From: an uncultured Arcobacter sp.
GTDB taxonomy: Bacteria > Campylobacterota > Campylobacteria > Campylobacterales > Arcobacteraceae
Assembly (NCBI GenBank): GCA_965140705.1
Contig: OZ223301.1
Span: forward strand, 32,001-96,000
Length of the DNA: 64,000 bases
Reading direction: 5' to 3'
How positions within the stretch are numbered: the first letter of the stretch is position 1; each line of letters begins with the position of its first letter. Position numbers and translations under genes: made by a program. The notes under the pieces are model-generated. The model was not told where the DNA came from. It ran no database searches and worked only from the letters and a program-made list of their open reading frames with translations. This document shows positions 1-10,382 of this stretch, piece by piece.

Positions 1-1
1 A

Positions 2-1375
2 ACAAACTTTGAAAATAAAGTTAAATATTTAAGAGCACTAGAAGGTGAACTTTCAAGATCTTTAGAATCCTTATCTGGAATATTAAGAGCTTCAGTGAAA
101 TTAGCCATTCCAAAGGAGACAATTTTTACAGAAAGAAAAACACCTCCAACAGCATCTGCTGTTTTGAGTCTAAAACCAGGTGTTTATTTAACGCAAAAAC
201 AAATTGATGGAATAAAAAATTTTATTGCTTCTGCAATTCCTAATTTAACAACAGAAAATATTAAACTTATTGATCAAGATGGTTCAATTTTAGAACAATC
301 AAAAGAAGAAGCAGATAATTTGAGTTCTGTTACTCAAAATAAATATAAAAAAAGATTAGAAAAAGACTTTGAAAGTAAAATTGTAGATTTACTAGAACCT
401 TTCGTTGGAAAAGGAAGAGTTGTAGCTAGAGTCTCTTTAAGTCTAAATTTTGCTAAAAAACATACACAAGAAGAGATTTATGAACCAGAAGGGACTATTA
501 GAAGCCAACAAACTACTGAAAGCACTTCTTCTTCTGATGGAGTTGTAAAAGATAATGCGGCGGTTCCTGGAGTACAAAGTAATATTCAAGCCCCACAGCC
601 TGAGGGAACTAAAGGAACTAATTCATCAAAAAATGAAACTAGTAAAAATATAGTGAATTATGAAATTTCTAAAAGAGTTATAGACCATGAAGATAAAAAT
701 TATTCAACTATAAATAAAATTACAGCAGCTGTAACTTTTGATTCCGCTGCTTTAGCTAATGTTCAAAATAAAGATGAGTTTATCAATAATATTGTTGAAG
801 TGGTTCAAGATACAATAGGTTATGATGAAAAAAGAGGTGATAAAATCACCGTAAAAGATTTTAAATTTGTGACTTATGATAAAAAAGCAAATGTTGATGC
901 AAATGGTAATCCAATTGTTGAAGATTCAGGTGATACAATTGGTATGATAAAAGCTATTTTAGCTGAATTTAGTGAATATTTCCAATACTTAATAGCATTG
1001 ATACTATTATTTATTTTTTACAGAAAATTTATAGTAAAAAATGATGTTGTAATTTTAGGGGATGGAGTTGGAAAAACAGGATCTGGAAAATCTACTGGTG
1101 GGAAAGGTGTAGATATTCCTGGTATAACTGATGATACTAAATTAGAAGATGAATTTAATTTGGATAGTGCAAAAGGTAGGTTAAAATCTAAGGTAAGAAG
1201 TCAGATTTTAAATAATCTTGAAGGTCTAGATGAAGAGTCTGCAGCAAAATATGAAGTATTAATAGAAGAAATTGATAGAATAATCAATAATGAACCAGCT
1301 GAAATGGCAAAAATGATAGAGTTATTATTATCAGAAGATAGCGGTAAGAAGTATAATAATAAGAAAGGAAAATAG
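2..1375 (+). CDS. fliF: Flagellar MS-ring protein FliF (5'-truncated by window edge)
   Basis: Frame is open from base 2 (TNFENKVKYLRALEGELSRSLES, the FliF RALEGEL motif); also PTASAVL and AAVPGVQSN motifs and a C-terminal TM helix; directly precedes fliG. Confidence 0.95.
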   Translation, partial: TNFENKVKYLRALEGELSRSLESLSGILRASVKLAIPKETIFTERKTPPTASAVLSLKPGVYLTQKQIDGIKNFIASAIPNLTTENIKLIDQDGSILEQSKEEADNLSSVTQNKYKKRLEKDFESKIVDLLEPFVGKGRVVARVSLSLNFAKKHTQEEIYEPEGTIRSQQTTESTSSSDGVVKDNAAVPGVQSNIQAPQPEGTKGTNSSKNETSKNIVNYEISKRVIDHEDKNYSTINKITAAVTFDSAALANVQNKDEFINNIVEVVQDTIGYDEKRGDKITVKDFKFVTYDKKANVDANGNPIVEDSGDTIGMIKAILAEFSEYFQYLIALILLFIFYRKFIVKNDVVILGDGVGKTGSGKSTGGKGVDIPGITDDTKLEDEFNLDSAKGRLKSKVRSQILNNLEGLDEESAAKYEVLIEEIDRIINNEPAEMAKMIELLLSEDSGKKYNNKKGK

Positions 1376-2380
1376 ATGGAAAACCCACTAGATCATGAAT
1401 TGACTAAGGGCATGCCAATGCTACAAAAAGTTGCTACTTTTTTTGTATTAATTGGAGAAGAAGCAACTGTTAAAATTTTCCAACATTTACCTAGACATAT
1501 TGTAGAAAATATTTCTACTGCCATTACACAATTGGGTTCAATTGATAAAGATACTTCTTTAGCAATTTTAGAAGAATTCCATTTATACACTAGAACAAAA
1601 GGATTTATTAGTTCTGGTGGATATGATTATGCAAAAGAACTTTTGTATAAATCTTTAGGTAAGAATGATGCAGATGAAATTTTAGCCAAATTATCTAAGA
1701 TGCAATTGGCTTCACAATCATTTAATTATCTTGATGCTATTAATCCAAAACAATTAGCAGATTTTATTAAAGAAGAGTCTCCTCAAACAATTGCAGTTAT
1801 TTTAGCTCATATGAATGCAAATGGTGCTGCTGATGTTTTAAATCAATTAGAAGAAGATGTAAAAGTTAAAGTTACAATGCAAATGGCTACAATAAAAGAT
1901 GTATCTCCTGACGTTGTAAGAACTATTTCAATAGTTTTAGAAAAGAAACTAGAATCACTTTTATCTTCTATTGTAGATGTAGGTGGGGTAAAAGTTGTTG
2001 CTGATATGTTAAATAGAATGGGACCAAAATCTCAAGACATACTTAAAAATATCAATGGGGTAGATACTGCATTAGCTACAAAAATAAAAGAGAACATGTT
2101 TGTATTTGAAGATTTACTTGCTTTAGATAAAGATGATATAATGAAAATACTTCAAAATGTAGAAATGGCAGATGTAGCTGTTGCTATGAAAAATGCTACA
2201 GAAGATGATCTTGCAGTTGTTAGAAGTGCAATGTCACAAAGAGCTAGTGATAGATTCCAAGAAGAGTTTGAAATGCTTACAAAAGTTAAAATTAAAGATA
2301 TTGAATCAGCTCAGAGAAAAATGCTTGATGCAGCCCAAAAACTTATTGAAGAGGGTGTAATTGAAAGGGAAGTAGAATAA
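1376..2380 (+). CDS. fliG: Flagellar motor switch protein FliG
   Basis: GGYDYAKELL, ESPQTIAVIL (EHPQ-like), GGVKVVADMLN and MFVFEDL motifs. Confidence 0.97.
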   Translation: MENPLDHELTKGMPMLQKVATFFVLIGEEATVKIFQHLPRHIVENISTAITQLGSIDKDTSLAILEEFHLYTRTKGFISSGGYDYAKELLYKSLGKNDADEILAKLSKMQLASQSFNYLDAINPKQLADFIKEESPQTIAVILAHMNANGAADVLNQLEEDVKVKVTMQMATIKDVSPDVVRTISIVLEKKLESLLSSIVDVGGVKVVADMLNRMGPKSQDILKNINGVDTALATKIKENMFVFEDLLALDKDDIMKILQNVEMADVAVAMKNATEDDLAVVRSAMSQRASDRFQEEFEMLTKVKIKDIESAQRKMLDAAQKLIEEGVIEREVE

Positions 2381-2383
2381 TAA

Positions 2384-3055
2384 ATGGAAAAAAATAACGT
2401 ATACTCTAATGCAAAAGTAATTAAATCTAAAGATGGAATTGAAAACTTTCAATTAGGGACTTTCCTAAATACTGGTGAAGTTACTCAAAATGAGCAAATG
2501 CAAAAGATTGCAAAATTAGATGAGAAACAAGTTAGTATTAATGGTGATCAAATATTAGCTGAGATAAAAGCACTTGCAGGAACAATTGCTGCTGTTCAAC
2601 AAAAAGTTGATGGCTTAGAGCATATTGGATTAGCAGGAGGAAAAGATATAGATCATCAAGTTGTTCAAGCTATTAAGGATTTGAAACATTATGCAGCTTT
2701 TTTTGAACAAGCAACATTTCAATTAGAAACTAAGATATTAAAAACATCAATTTCAATAGCACAAAAAATCATCTCAGTAGAAGTGAGTGAAAACTCAGCA
2801 AAAATTGCAAAAGAGACTATTCATAACATTTTAGACAAAATAAAAACTGCTTCTAAAGTGAAAATTCATCTAAATCCTAGGGATTTTGAGCTTTTAAAAA
2901 ATGACTTAAATCTTGAAGGAACTCATATCTCTTTAGTACAAGATGGAAATGTAACTGCTGGTGGTGTTGTCATTGCTAGTGACTTGGGTAATTTTGATGG
3001 AAATATAGAAGCAAAAGTAAACTCAATGCTAGAATCACTTGATTCTATACTATAA
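2384..3055 (+). CDS. fliH: Flagellar export apparatus protein FliH
   Basis: C-terminal IHLNPRD...GGVVIASDLGNFDGNIE FliH domain; fliFGH order. Confidence 0.88.
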   Translation: MEKNNVYSNAKVIKSKDGIENFQLGTFLNTGEVTQNEQMQKIAKLDEKQVSINGDQILAEIKALAGTIAAVQQKVDGLEHIGLAGGKDIDHQVVQAIKDLKHYAAFFEQATFQLETKILKTSISIAQKIISVEVSENSAKIAKETIHNILDKIKTASKVKIHLNPRDFELLKNDLNLEGTHISLVQDGNVTAGGVVIASDLGNFDGNIEAKVNSMLESLDSIL

Positions 3056-3151
3056 ATAATTCTACAAAAATTAATATTAGCTTAATATAACAATAACTAC
3101 ATAAAAATAACTATTTTTATTACTTTTTATAAAAATAAATCTTAATCATTG

Positions 3152-3160
3152 TGATATAAT
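3152..3160 (+). promoter_or_regulatory. Extended -10 (TGaTATAAT) sigma70-type promoter for fliN-flgD-flgE
   Basis: TGATATAAT 32 nt upstream of the fliN ATG in an AT-rich intergenic region. Confidence 0.6.
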
Positions 3161-3192
3161 TCATTATAAATTAAACAAAGAGACTTAAATTT

Positions 3193-3480
3193 ATGGAAAT
3201 TAATGATAGAGCATATGATCTTTTAGTTGATACACAAATTACAGTAGATGTAATGTTAGGTAGTGCAAATATTACTATTAAAGAATTTTTAGATTTAGGT
3301 GAAGGAGACATATTATCACTAGATAAAGCAGCAGGGGCTGGTGGTGATATATATGTTAATAGTAGAATTATTGGTACTGGAGATATTATCGTTATTGATG
3401 AAAAATTAGCAGTAAGAGTTCAAGATGCTATGGATTCAGATAACGTTGTAAGATATTTCTTTGACGAAAATATGTTATAG
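3193..3480 (+). CDS. fliN: Flagellar motor switch protein FliN
   Basis: 95-aa SpoA/FliN domain (VDVMLGSANITIKEFLDLGEGDILSLDK...IYVN...GDIIVIDEKLAVRV). Confidence 0.88.
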   Translation: MEINDRAYDLLVDTQITVDVMLGSANITIKEFLDLGEGDILSLDKAAGAGGDIYVNSRIIGTGDIIVIDEKLAVRVQDAMDSDNVVRYFFDENML

Positions 3481-3489
3481 GAGAAAATT

Positions 3490-4077
3490 ATGGCAACTAC
3501 AGATAGTGTTCAAGTAAGTACTGCTACAGGTGCTAATGGTCAACAGTATACACAAGCTATAAGTAATGATAAACTTACAAATGAAGATTTCTTAAAGTTA
3601 ATGTTAGAACAAATGAAACAACAGGATCCAACAAAACCGCAAGATACACAAAATATGCTTAATCAACAAATGCAAATGTCAAGTATTGAAACAAATTTAC
3701 AAATGACAGAATCAATGAAATCTTTGCAAAATTCTTTTCAACAAACAGCTTTAGCAAGTGCTACTAATGTGATTGGGAAAATAGTTGAAACTGATGAAAT
3801 GGGAGATGATGGAGTTAGAAAAGCTTATCAAGTTGGTGCAGCAGAAACAATAAATGGTGAAATTTATGTAGAGGCTCTTGAAATTCTTGGTAAAGATGAT
3901 AATGGTAACTTAGTTTATGCCAAAGAACCTTCAACAATTCCATATAATAGTATAACAAGAATTAATTATACTTCTCTTGGTGGAACAGGATCAACGGGAA
4001 GTAATAATGGAACAGATAACTCAGGTGATGGAACAACTGGAGATAATACTGGTTCATCTGATACAACAAATAGTTAA
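3490..4077 (+). CDS. flgD: Flagellar hook cap protein FlgD
   Basis: DFLKLMLEQMKQQDPTKPQD motif; precedes the hook genes. Confidence 0.92.
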   Translation: MATTDSVQVSTATGANGQQYTQAISNDKLTNEDFLKLMLEQMKQQDPTKPQDTQNMLNQQMQMSSIETNLQMTESMKSLQNSFQQTALASATNVIGKIVETDEMGDDGVRKAYQVGAAETINGEIYVEALEILGKDDNGNLVYAKEPSTIPYNSITRINYTSLGGTGSTGSNNGTDNSGDGTTGDNTGSSDTTNS

Positions 4078-4086
4078 GGAAAATTT

Positions 4087-5547
4087 ATGAATGGTAGTTT
4101 ATACAATGCATTATTAGGTATTAATGCAGCATCTAATTATGTTAATGTTACATCAAATAATATTGCTAATTTAAATACTATCGCTCATAAAGAAAGTAGA
4201 ATCTCTTTTTCTGATTTAATGTATCAAAATGGAGAAGGTAAAGGTGTTGGTGAAGGAATAGTAACAAAAACATTTCGTCAAGGTGATGTAAAAAATACTA
4301 ACAATCCTTATGATTTTGCAATAGAAGGTAAAGGATTTTTTGCTCTAACTGATCCAAATACTAATAAAACATATTATACAAGAGCTGGGAATTTTTTAGA
4401 ATCAAGGGATGGAATACTTGTAAATAATCAAGGTTTCAATGTAATGGGGCTTCAAACAAAAGTAGTCTCTGTGACATCTTCTAATGATACAAATGTTTTT
4501 GGTGATAATTATACTATGCCATTGGCATCTGCAATAATTACACAAGAAGATAGAACTTTATCAATTAATGCTAAATCAACTGATTATAGAGATAGTGCAA
4601 CAGATGTTGGTGTTTCAGGAAATAATTATAAAAGTTCAAATTCTGTTATTTCAGATATTGAGTTATTAAAAAAAGATTATAGTGATAAATTAAAATTATT
4701 AGAATCTAATCCAAATGAAGTTTCAGTTGCTTCTACTTTTCAAGAATCAAAGATTGATTATAAAGATTATGAAACTAAATTGAATAACGAGAATGATGTT
4801 TTAAGATTAAATCTAGGAAATGTTGAAATTAAGCAAAATTTTGATACAGATGCCTTAACAACTATGAAAAAATTAGCTGACAAAATTTCAAATGAAGAAG
4901 GATTTACAGCCTCTTTTGATCCTACTACAAGTACTTTAACGATTAATAATTTAGTAGCAGGAAGAAATACAAAAATTACTTCACCAACTATAAATGCAAC
5001 GGAAGCGACTGTTGATATTGTTGATGCGGTTAAAGGTTCAGGTTTAGCAATGGTTGAATCATCAAGAGATGCTTTAAATAAAGCAGTACAATTAGCAAAT
5101 GCTCAATTTCTTGATATACAAAATGGTATTCCTGCACCAAATCAAGCAACACTTACTCTTGAACCTATAAATTTAAAATTAACAAATATAGGTCTTGCGT
5201 CATACAATGATACAAAATTTAGTGTTATAAATGATGGTGTTTTATTATTAACTCAAGGAAGTAATACTTATGTTGCAGGTAGAGTATCAACTGTATATTT
5301 CCCAGATGAACAAAGTTTACATGAAGAGGGTGATAACTTATACACGAAAACAATAGAGTCAGGTGAGGCAAAAAATGCAGATACTTTAAATAATATTGCT
5401 TCTAATAGTGTTGAAGTTAGTAATATAAATACATCAAAGGCATTAACAAAACTTATTGTTGCACAAAGAGCTTTCGAAGCAAATTCTAAATCTATGACAA
5501 CATCAGATGATTTTTTAAAGACAGCAATACAACTTAAAACTACATAA
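4087..5547 (+). CDS. flgE: Flagellar hook/basal-body protein, FlgE-like paralog 1 (486 aa)
   Basis: SNNIANLNT N-terminus, DFAIEGKGFF, YYTRAGNF and C-terminal LIVAQRAFEANSKSMTTSD. Confidence 0.75.
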   Translation: MNGSLYNALLGINAASNYVNVTSNNIANLNTIAHKESRISFSDLMYQNGEGKGVGEGIVTKTFRQGDVKNTNNPYDFAIEGKGFFALTDPNTNKTYYTRAGNFLESRDGILVNNQGFNVMGLQTKVVSVTSSNDTNVFGDNYTMPLASAIITQEDRTLSINAKSTDYRDSATDVGVSGNNYKSSNSVISDIELLKKDYSDKLKLLESNPNEVSVASTFQESKIDYKDYETKLNNENDVLRLNLGNVEIKQNFDTDALTTMKKLADKISNEEGFTASFDPTTSTLTINNLVAGRNTKITSPTINATEATVDIVDAVKGSGLAMVESSRDALNKAVQLANAQFLDIQNGIPAPNQATLTLEPINLKLTNIGLASYNDTKFSVINDGVLLLTQGSNTYVAGRVSTVYFPDEQSLHEEGDNLYTKTIESGEAKNADTLNNIASNSVEVSNINTSKALTKLIVAQRAFEANSKSMTTSDDFLKTAIQLKTT

Positions 5548-5548
5548 G

Positions 5549-5591
5549 ATGTTTATTAATTAGTACTTAAGAAGTATTAATTAATAAACAT
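5549..5591 (+). terminator. 20-bp hairpin between the two flgE-like genes
   Basis: ATGTTTATTAATTAGTACTT-AAG-AAGTATTAATTAATAAACAT (one G.U pair) immediately after the stop codon. Confidence 0.55.
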
Positions 5592-5624
5592 AAAATGTTT
5601 ATAATTTATCTAAAAGGATAAGCC

Positions 5625-7973
5625 ATGATTGGAGCACTATGGACAGGAATTTCAGGTCTATCAGCACAACAAAAAGCTTTAGACAATGAGTCACATAATA
5701 TAGCAAATGTTAATACTATAGGTTATAAATCATCAAGAATCTCTTTTGCTGATCAAATGTATCAAGATAAAATAGGAAAAGGTGCTAAAGTACAAGATGC
5801 TGAAAAACTTTACACTCAAGGTGGATTTAAAGACACTGGAGTAGCTTTTGATATGGCATTATCTGGAAGCGGTTTTTTTGTGGTAAGTAATAAAAGTTCA
5901 ACAGGAACTAGTGAAACTTATTATACAAGAGCTGGTAACTTTAGAATGGGTGATAATGGAACTTTGCAAGATGCAGCAGGGAATGAAGTCCAAGGTTGGG
6001 CTATGAATAATATTACTGAACAAGATAGATTATCAACTAATCCAAATATTAATGTTTTTACTAGTGCTTATACAGAACTTTTGACATCAAAAATAGTAAG
6101 TTTAAATAAATCAGTTGAAACATATACTGCAAAAGCTACAGATTATACTCAAACTGCAAGAAATGATGATACTACAGTTTACTCAGGATACGGACTTAAG
6201 AGTAGGGGATCAAAAATAGATGATGTAAAAGAGTTAATTAAAAACTATTCAGAGGCATTATCTGAATATCAAGATAATCCAGATGGCCCTTCTCAAAGTG
6301 CTATTGCCCAAAAAACTCAAATCAATTTTCTTGGTACTGATTTAACTAAAGAACAAGACTTGATATATGTATATATTAATGGTGATAAAATATCACAAGA
6401 ATATGTACCTAAAACTGCAAGAATGGCTGATGATGGTAGTAGAATGCTAACAGATGTGGAAGCTAGTCAAATAGCTACATATAAAGCTTTGGCTGATAAG
6501 ATTTCTGATAAAACAGGATATGTGGCTTATACAGTTACAGATGAGGATATTACTGGAACAACAGAAACTGGAAGTGCAGTAGACTCTTTTGAATCATTTG
6601 ATACTTTTACAAAAACTACAAAGGATTTAGATGTTTTACATGGGATGATTCAAATAGAATCAATGGTTCCTGGAAAAGAGTTTAAAATAACGGAAGTTGG
6701 AGAGTATTCTGGTTCATATGTTTATGGGTCTTTTAATGAAACAACAAGTGCTACAAAAGTTCAAGTAGGTAGTGGTCTTGGAGGTTTACAAAGTGCTAGA
6801 GATGCTTTAGCAAGAGCTATTACAGGTAATCAAAGAGATGTTTTTACTATGGATGAATTAAATTTAAATGGTACAGATTCATATACTTTTGATTTTAGTG
6901 TTTATGATAAGGATTTAGGAAGAACAATTAATTTTGGTTCAGCAATTAGTGTTAATCCAACAACAGATGTAGATACTGTTATTAAAAATCTTACTTCAGG
7001 GACATCAGTTTCAGTATCTAATTTTAACAAATACTTTACTGCTAAAAATATTAATGGTTCACTTGTTATTGAAGCAAAAGAATATGATGTAGAATTTAGT
7101 ACTGAATTATTTGCGAAAGCAGTATCTTATACAGTTGGAGCTACAACTTCAGCAAGTGGAACAAATTATGTTTTTAGTGGCAATGATGCATTATTAGCAA
7201 ATGGACAAACTAGTTTCAATATATCTGTTCCTGATGTAATTTTAAGTGATGGTACAGTTATAAGTGGAATAACTACAACAGGGGGAACTATAAATTCACC
7301 TAGGGATTTAGATACTCTTGCTGGAAAATTAAATGATTTATTTTCAAAAAATACAGCTACTAATACTAGTGGTAAAAGTGTATCAATGCCATATAATGCA
7401 ATTGTTGTTAATGGGAGTTTAGTTATTGAACAAACTTCAGGAGGAGCAACGTATCCAACTAATTTGACTATAAATAAAGTTGCAGGTGGTATTGATAAAA
7501 ATGCTGATGCTTCAGGTCGTAAAGGTACTGGAGCTGAATTTTTAGAGATAAAAACAACACTAGATCAAACTTCATCTCAAGATTCTCTTCAATTGAGGCT
7601 CGATACTCTTGGCATATCAGACTCCGGTTTTGGTGAATTCTCAGTTAATAGTGCAGGTTTAATCATAATGAAACAAGATGGTGCAGAATTTGCTATTGGG
7701 CAAGTTTCTATTGCATTATTTAATAATGAAAGAGGATTAAATCCAATGGGAGATAATCTTTTAGCAAAAACTACTCAAAGTGGTGAACCTACATTTAACG
7801 TGAATAATGATAGAACAGCTACTATTTTAGGTAAAAACTTAGAATTAAGTACTGCAAATTTAAGTGAAAGTTTAGTAAACTTAATGGTATTTCAAAGAGC
7901 ATTTGAGGCAAATGCTAAATCAATTACAACAGCAGATTCGCTGCTAACAACACTAATTCAGTTAAAACGATAA
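5625..7973 (+). CDS. flgE: Flagellar hook protein FlgE (782 aa, long variable central region)
   Basis: SHNIANVNTIGYKSSR, DMALSGSGFF, YYTRAGNF and LELSTANLSESLVNLMVFQRAFEANAKSITTAD. Confidence 0.88.
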   Translation: MIGALWTGISGLSAQQKALDNESHNIANVNTIGYKSSRISFADQMYQDKIGKGAKVQDAEKLYTQGGFKDTGVAFDMALSGSGFFVVSNKSSTGTSETYYTRAGNFRMGDNGTLQDAAGNEVQGWAMNNITEQDRLSTNPNINVFTSAYTELLTSKIVSLNKSVETYTAKATDYTQTARNDDTTVYSGYGLKSRGSKIDDVKELIKNYSEALSEYQDNPDGPSQSAIAQKTQINFLGTDLTKEQDLIYVYINGDKISQEYVPKTARMADDGSRMLTDVEASQIATYKALADKISDKTGYVAYTVTDEDITGTTETGSAVDSFESFDTFTKTTKDLDVLHGMIQIESMVPGKEFKITEVGEYSGSYVYGSFNETTSATKVQVGSGLGGLQSARDALARAITGNQRDVFTMDELNLNGTDSYTFDFSVYDKDLGRTINFGSAISVNPTTDVDTVIKNLTSGTSVSVSNFNKYFTAKNINGSLVIEAKEYDVEFSTELFAKAVSYTVGATTSASGTNYVFSGNDALLANGQTSFNISVPDVILSDGTVISGITTTGGTINSPRDLDTLAGKLNDLFSKNTATNTSGKSVSMPYNAIVVNGSLVIEQTSGGATYPTNLTINKVAGGIDKNADASGRKGTGAEFLEIKTTLDQTSSQDSLQLRLDTLGISDSGFGEFSVNSAGLIIMKQDGAEFAIGQVSIALFNNERGLNPMGDNLLAKTTQSGEPTFNVNNDRTATILGKNLELSTANLSESLVNLMVFQRAFEANAKSITTADSLLTTLIQLKR

Positions 7974-7978
7974 TAAAT

Positions 7979-8008
7979 AAAATAGATAGATTTTTCTATC
8001 TATTTTTT
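7979..8008 (+). terminator. Intrinsic terminator-like hairpin after flgE
   Basis: AAAATAGATAGA-TTTT-TCTATCTATTTT followed by TT. Confidence 0.65.
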
Positions 8009-8021
8009 AAAGAGGTTAAAT

Positions 8022-8351
8022 TTGGAAAATTTTTTATTGATTTTGTTTTTATTAATAATGCTTTTATACTATTTTTCTACAACAAATGTATATAAATCAT
8101 TATATGTGAAAATTAATGAAGAAAAGAATATATTAGAAGAAGAAAAAAATAAATATACCCAATTAATGGAAAGATATAATAAACAAGTTATTGCACAAGA
8201 TGAAGCTTTGAAAAATACAGAAAATAATCTCTCTGTTGCAAGAAATGATTTAAGAGCTTCAAAACTTGAAAATAATGAGTTAAAACATCAAGTTGATAAA
8301 CTTAAAAAGAGGTCAGAAGAGCTCTATGCTCAAGTTAATACTATGATTTAA
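8022..8351 (+). CDS. Hypothetical membrane-anchored coiled-coil protein
   Basis: N-terminal hydrophobic helix then heptad-rich charged region; GAGG RBS before TTG. Confidence 0.7.
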   Translation: MENFLLILFLLIMLLYYFSTTNVYKSLYVKINEEKNILEEEKNKYTQLMERYNKQVIAQDEALKNTENNLSVARNDLRASKLENNELKHQVDKLKKRSEELYAQVNTMI

Positions 8352-8363
8352 TAGGAGCATGTT

Positions 8364-10382
8364 ATTAAACTAGCTATTTACAGAAAAAAAGTTTTACTTT
8401 TTTTCCTAATTATTATTTTTCAATTTAACTTACTTGCAGATGAAGATATTGCAAAAATAGAATCCCAACCTGATGTTTTGTTTAAATATAAAGATTTGAA
8501 AAAAAACCAAAAAACTATATCTCAACAAGTGGAGTTTAATAATGCTGTTCTTCTTTTGGAAAAAGGAGAATATTTAAAAGCCATTGATATTCTAAAAGAT
8601 ACTTCTAAATTCTTAAAAATACCATCATATTTAAATATAGGTATTGCATATTATAAATTAAATTCTATTCACAACGCAAAAGTGTACTTAGAGAGAATAT
8701 ATTCTTATGAAGCAGCTATTACAGAAGATACTTACTCATATATGTCTGCTTGTTATTATTTATACTTAATTTCAGATAATCAAAAGTTTTTAAAAAAAAT
8801 TATTCAATTAGCTAAAACAAAAAAAGATTTATCAGAACATTCAAAAAGATTAATTGCTGATACTTTTATAATTCTAAAAGATTATAAAATGGCACTTTCT
8901 CTTTTAGACACAATGGATTATGCTTCTGATTTTAAAAAGGGCTTATTATTAATCAAATTGAAAGATTATCAAAAGGCAGATATCTTACTAAAAAGTGCTT
9001 ATGAGAAAAGTGTTAATTTAACAAAAAAAGATCAAATTCTGTGGTTTATGGTTTTTAATAATTTAAAATCAAATAATCTTGAAAAATTAAATGACAATTT
9101 GGATTTGATACAAGAAAGAAAATCTTCATTTGAAGCTAATAAAGAATTAGAACTTAAAATGTTTTTTAATAAAAATAAATATACACCAGATGAATATTTT
9201 AAATTCATTACGAAATTTGATATAAATAGAAAAATTGACTATATTTATTATTTTGCACCATATATTTTCTCAGATAATGAAGAGATTATTTATGACTCTA
9301 CTAAGGGTTTTATTTTTAAAGATAAAACTAGCTTAGATAATTTAGATAGCATGATTTCTTATAATGCTTCATTTTTAAAGCTTATTAAAAAAGATCCTAT
9401 ACAAAAAGTTGTTGAACTAAAAAAAATGTTAAATAAAGATACTAAGTCATATATTTATTATAATTTAGCACTATCTTATGCCCAAATAGATGATTTTTAT
9501 AATGCTTTGAAATATTTTAAACAAGCAACAAAACTTAACCCTGGAAATAAACTATATGCAGCAATGACATTAATTACTGCAATTCGTTCTAATACTACAA
9601 TTAGCGATAAAGATTATTTAGAAACCAATATCAAATTGAAAAAAGGTATGTACCAATATTTTGGACAAAAGATTTATAATTTAATAATAAATGATAAAAT
9701 TGGAACTTCAGTAGAACCAAAACATTATTCAAAAACTATTTTTTACAAAGCTTTAGATTTTTTGCCAAAATTTACTACTGGAACAGCAACTTTAGATGAT
9801 CCTTTAATAAAAGATGATTTTAAAGAACCATTTACTTTTTTACTAAAAGAGGTTATAAAACGAAAAAATGAGAACGATTTTGCTTATTTTTCAAGATTGC
9901 AAGATACTGTTCCTTTAAAAATTAACAACAATTTTCTTGATGGTTCAATATTAATTACCCAATATTATATAGATTTATTAAAAGCATTGGGTTTATTTGA
10001 TAAAGCAGATTTTAGTATGGAAAGTAATATTACCCCAACATACTTAAGAACAAAAGCTTTAAAGTTATTACATGATGGTTATCCCAAAAAGGCCTTAAAA
10101 CTTATAGAAACTTTACAAAGTGAGTATAAGCTTGAAGATAAATATACTATGTATTTAGTTGTAGCTTGTTATTTAGATGACAATAGATATAACGATGCAT
10201 CTGTTCAAATCTCTCTAATAAAGGGATTGTTAAATGATAGTGATGCAGATTTTTTAACAGGTGTTCAATTAGTTCAAGAGCTGAAAATAAATAGTGCAAA
10301 ACAATTCTTTTTGAAACCTTATTTGGATGATATGATTGATTTTAAGATAGAAGGTTTTGATAAATTTTTAGAAAGTCTCTAA
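8364..10382 (+). CDS. Large TPR-repeat protein, probable flagellar motor accessory (PflB-like); start uncertain
   Basis: TPR-like segments (SYLNIGIAYYKLN, IYYNLALSYAQIDDFYNALKYFKQATKLNP); frame is open upstream of the ORF-track start (8478) through a basic plus hydrophobic leader to an in-frame ATT at 8364 behind AGGAG. Confidence 0.7.
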   Translation: MKLAIYRKKVLLFFLIIIFQFNLLADEDIAKIESQPDVLFKYKDLKKNQKTISQQVEFNNAVLLLEKGEYLKAIDILKDTSKFLKIPSYLNIGIAYYKLNSIHNAKVYLERIYSYEAAITEDTYSYMSACYYLYLISDNQKFLKKIIQLAKTKKDLSEHSKRLIADTFIILKDYKMALSLLDTMDYASDFKKGLLLIKLKDYQKADILLKSAYEKSVNLTKKDQILWFMVFNNLKSNNLEKLNDNLDLIQERKSSFEANKELELKMFFNKNKYTPDEYFKFITKFDINRKIDYIYYFAPYIFSDNEEIIYDSTKGFIFKDKTSLDNLDSMISYNASFLKLIKKDPIQKVVELKKMLNKDTKSYIYYNLALSYAQIDDFYNALKYFKQATKLNPGNKLYAAMTLITAIRSNTTISDKDYLETNIKLKKGMYQYFGQKIYNLIINDKIGTSVEPKHYSKTIFYKALDFLPKFTTGTATLDDPLIKDDFKEPFTFLLKEVIKRKNENDFAYFSRLQDTVPLKINNNFLDGSILITQYYIDLLKALGLFDKADFSMESNITPTYLRTKALKLLHDGYPKKALKLIETLQSEYKLEDKYTMYLVVACYLDDNRYNDASVQISLIKGLLNDSDADFLTGVQLVQELKINSAKQFFLKPYLDDMIDFKIEGFDKFLESL

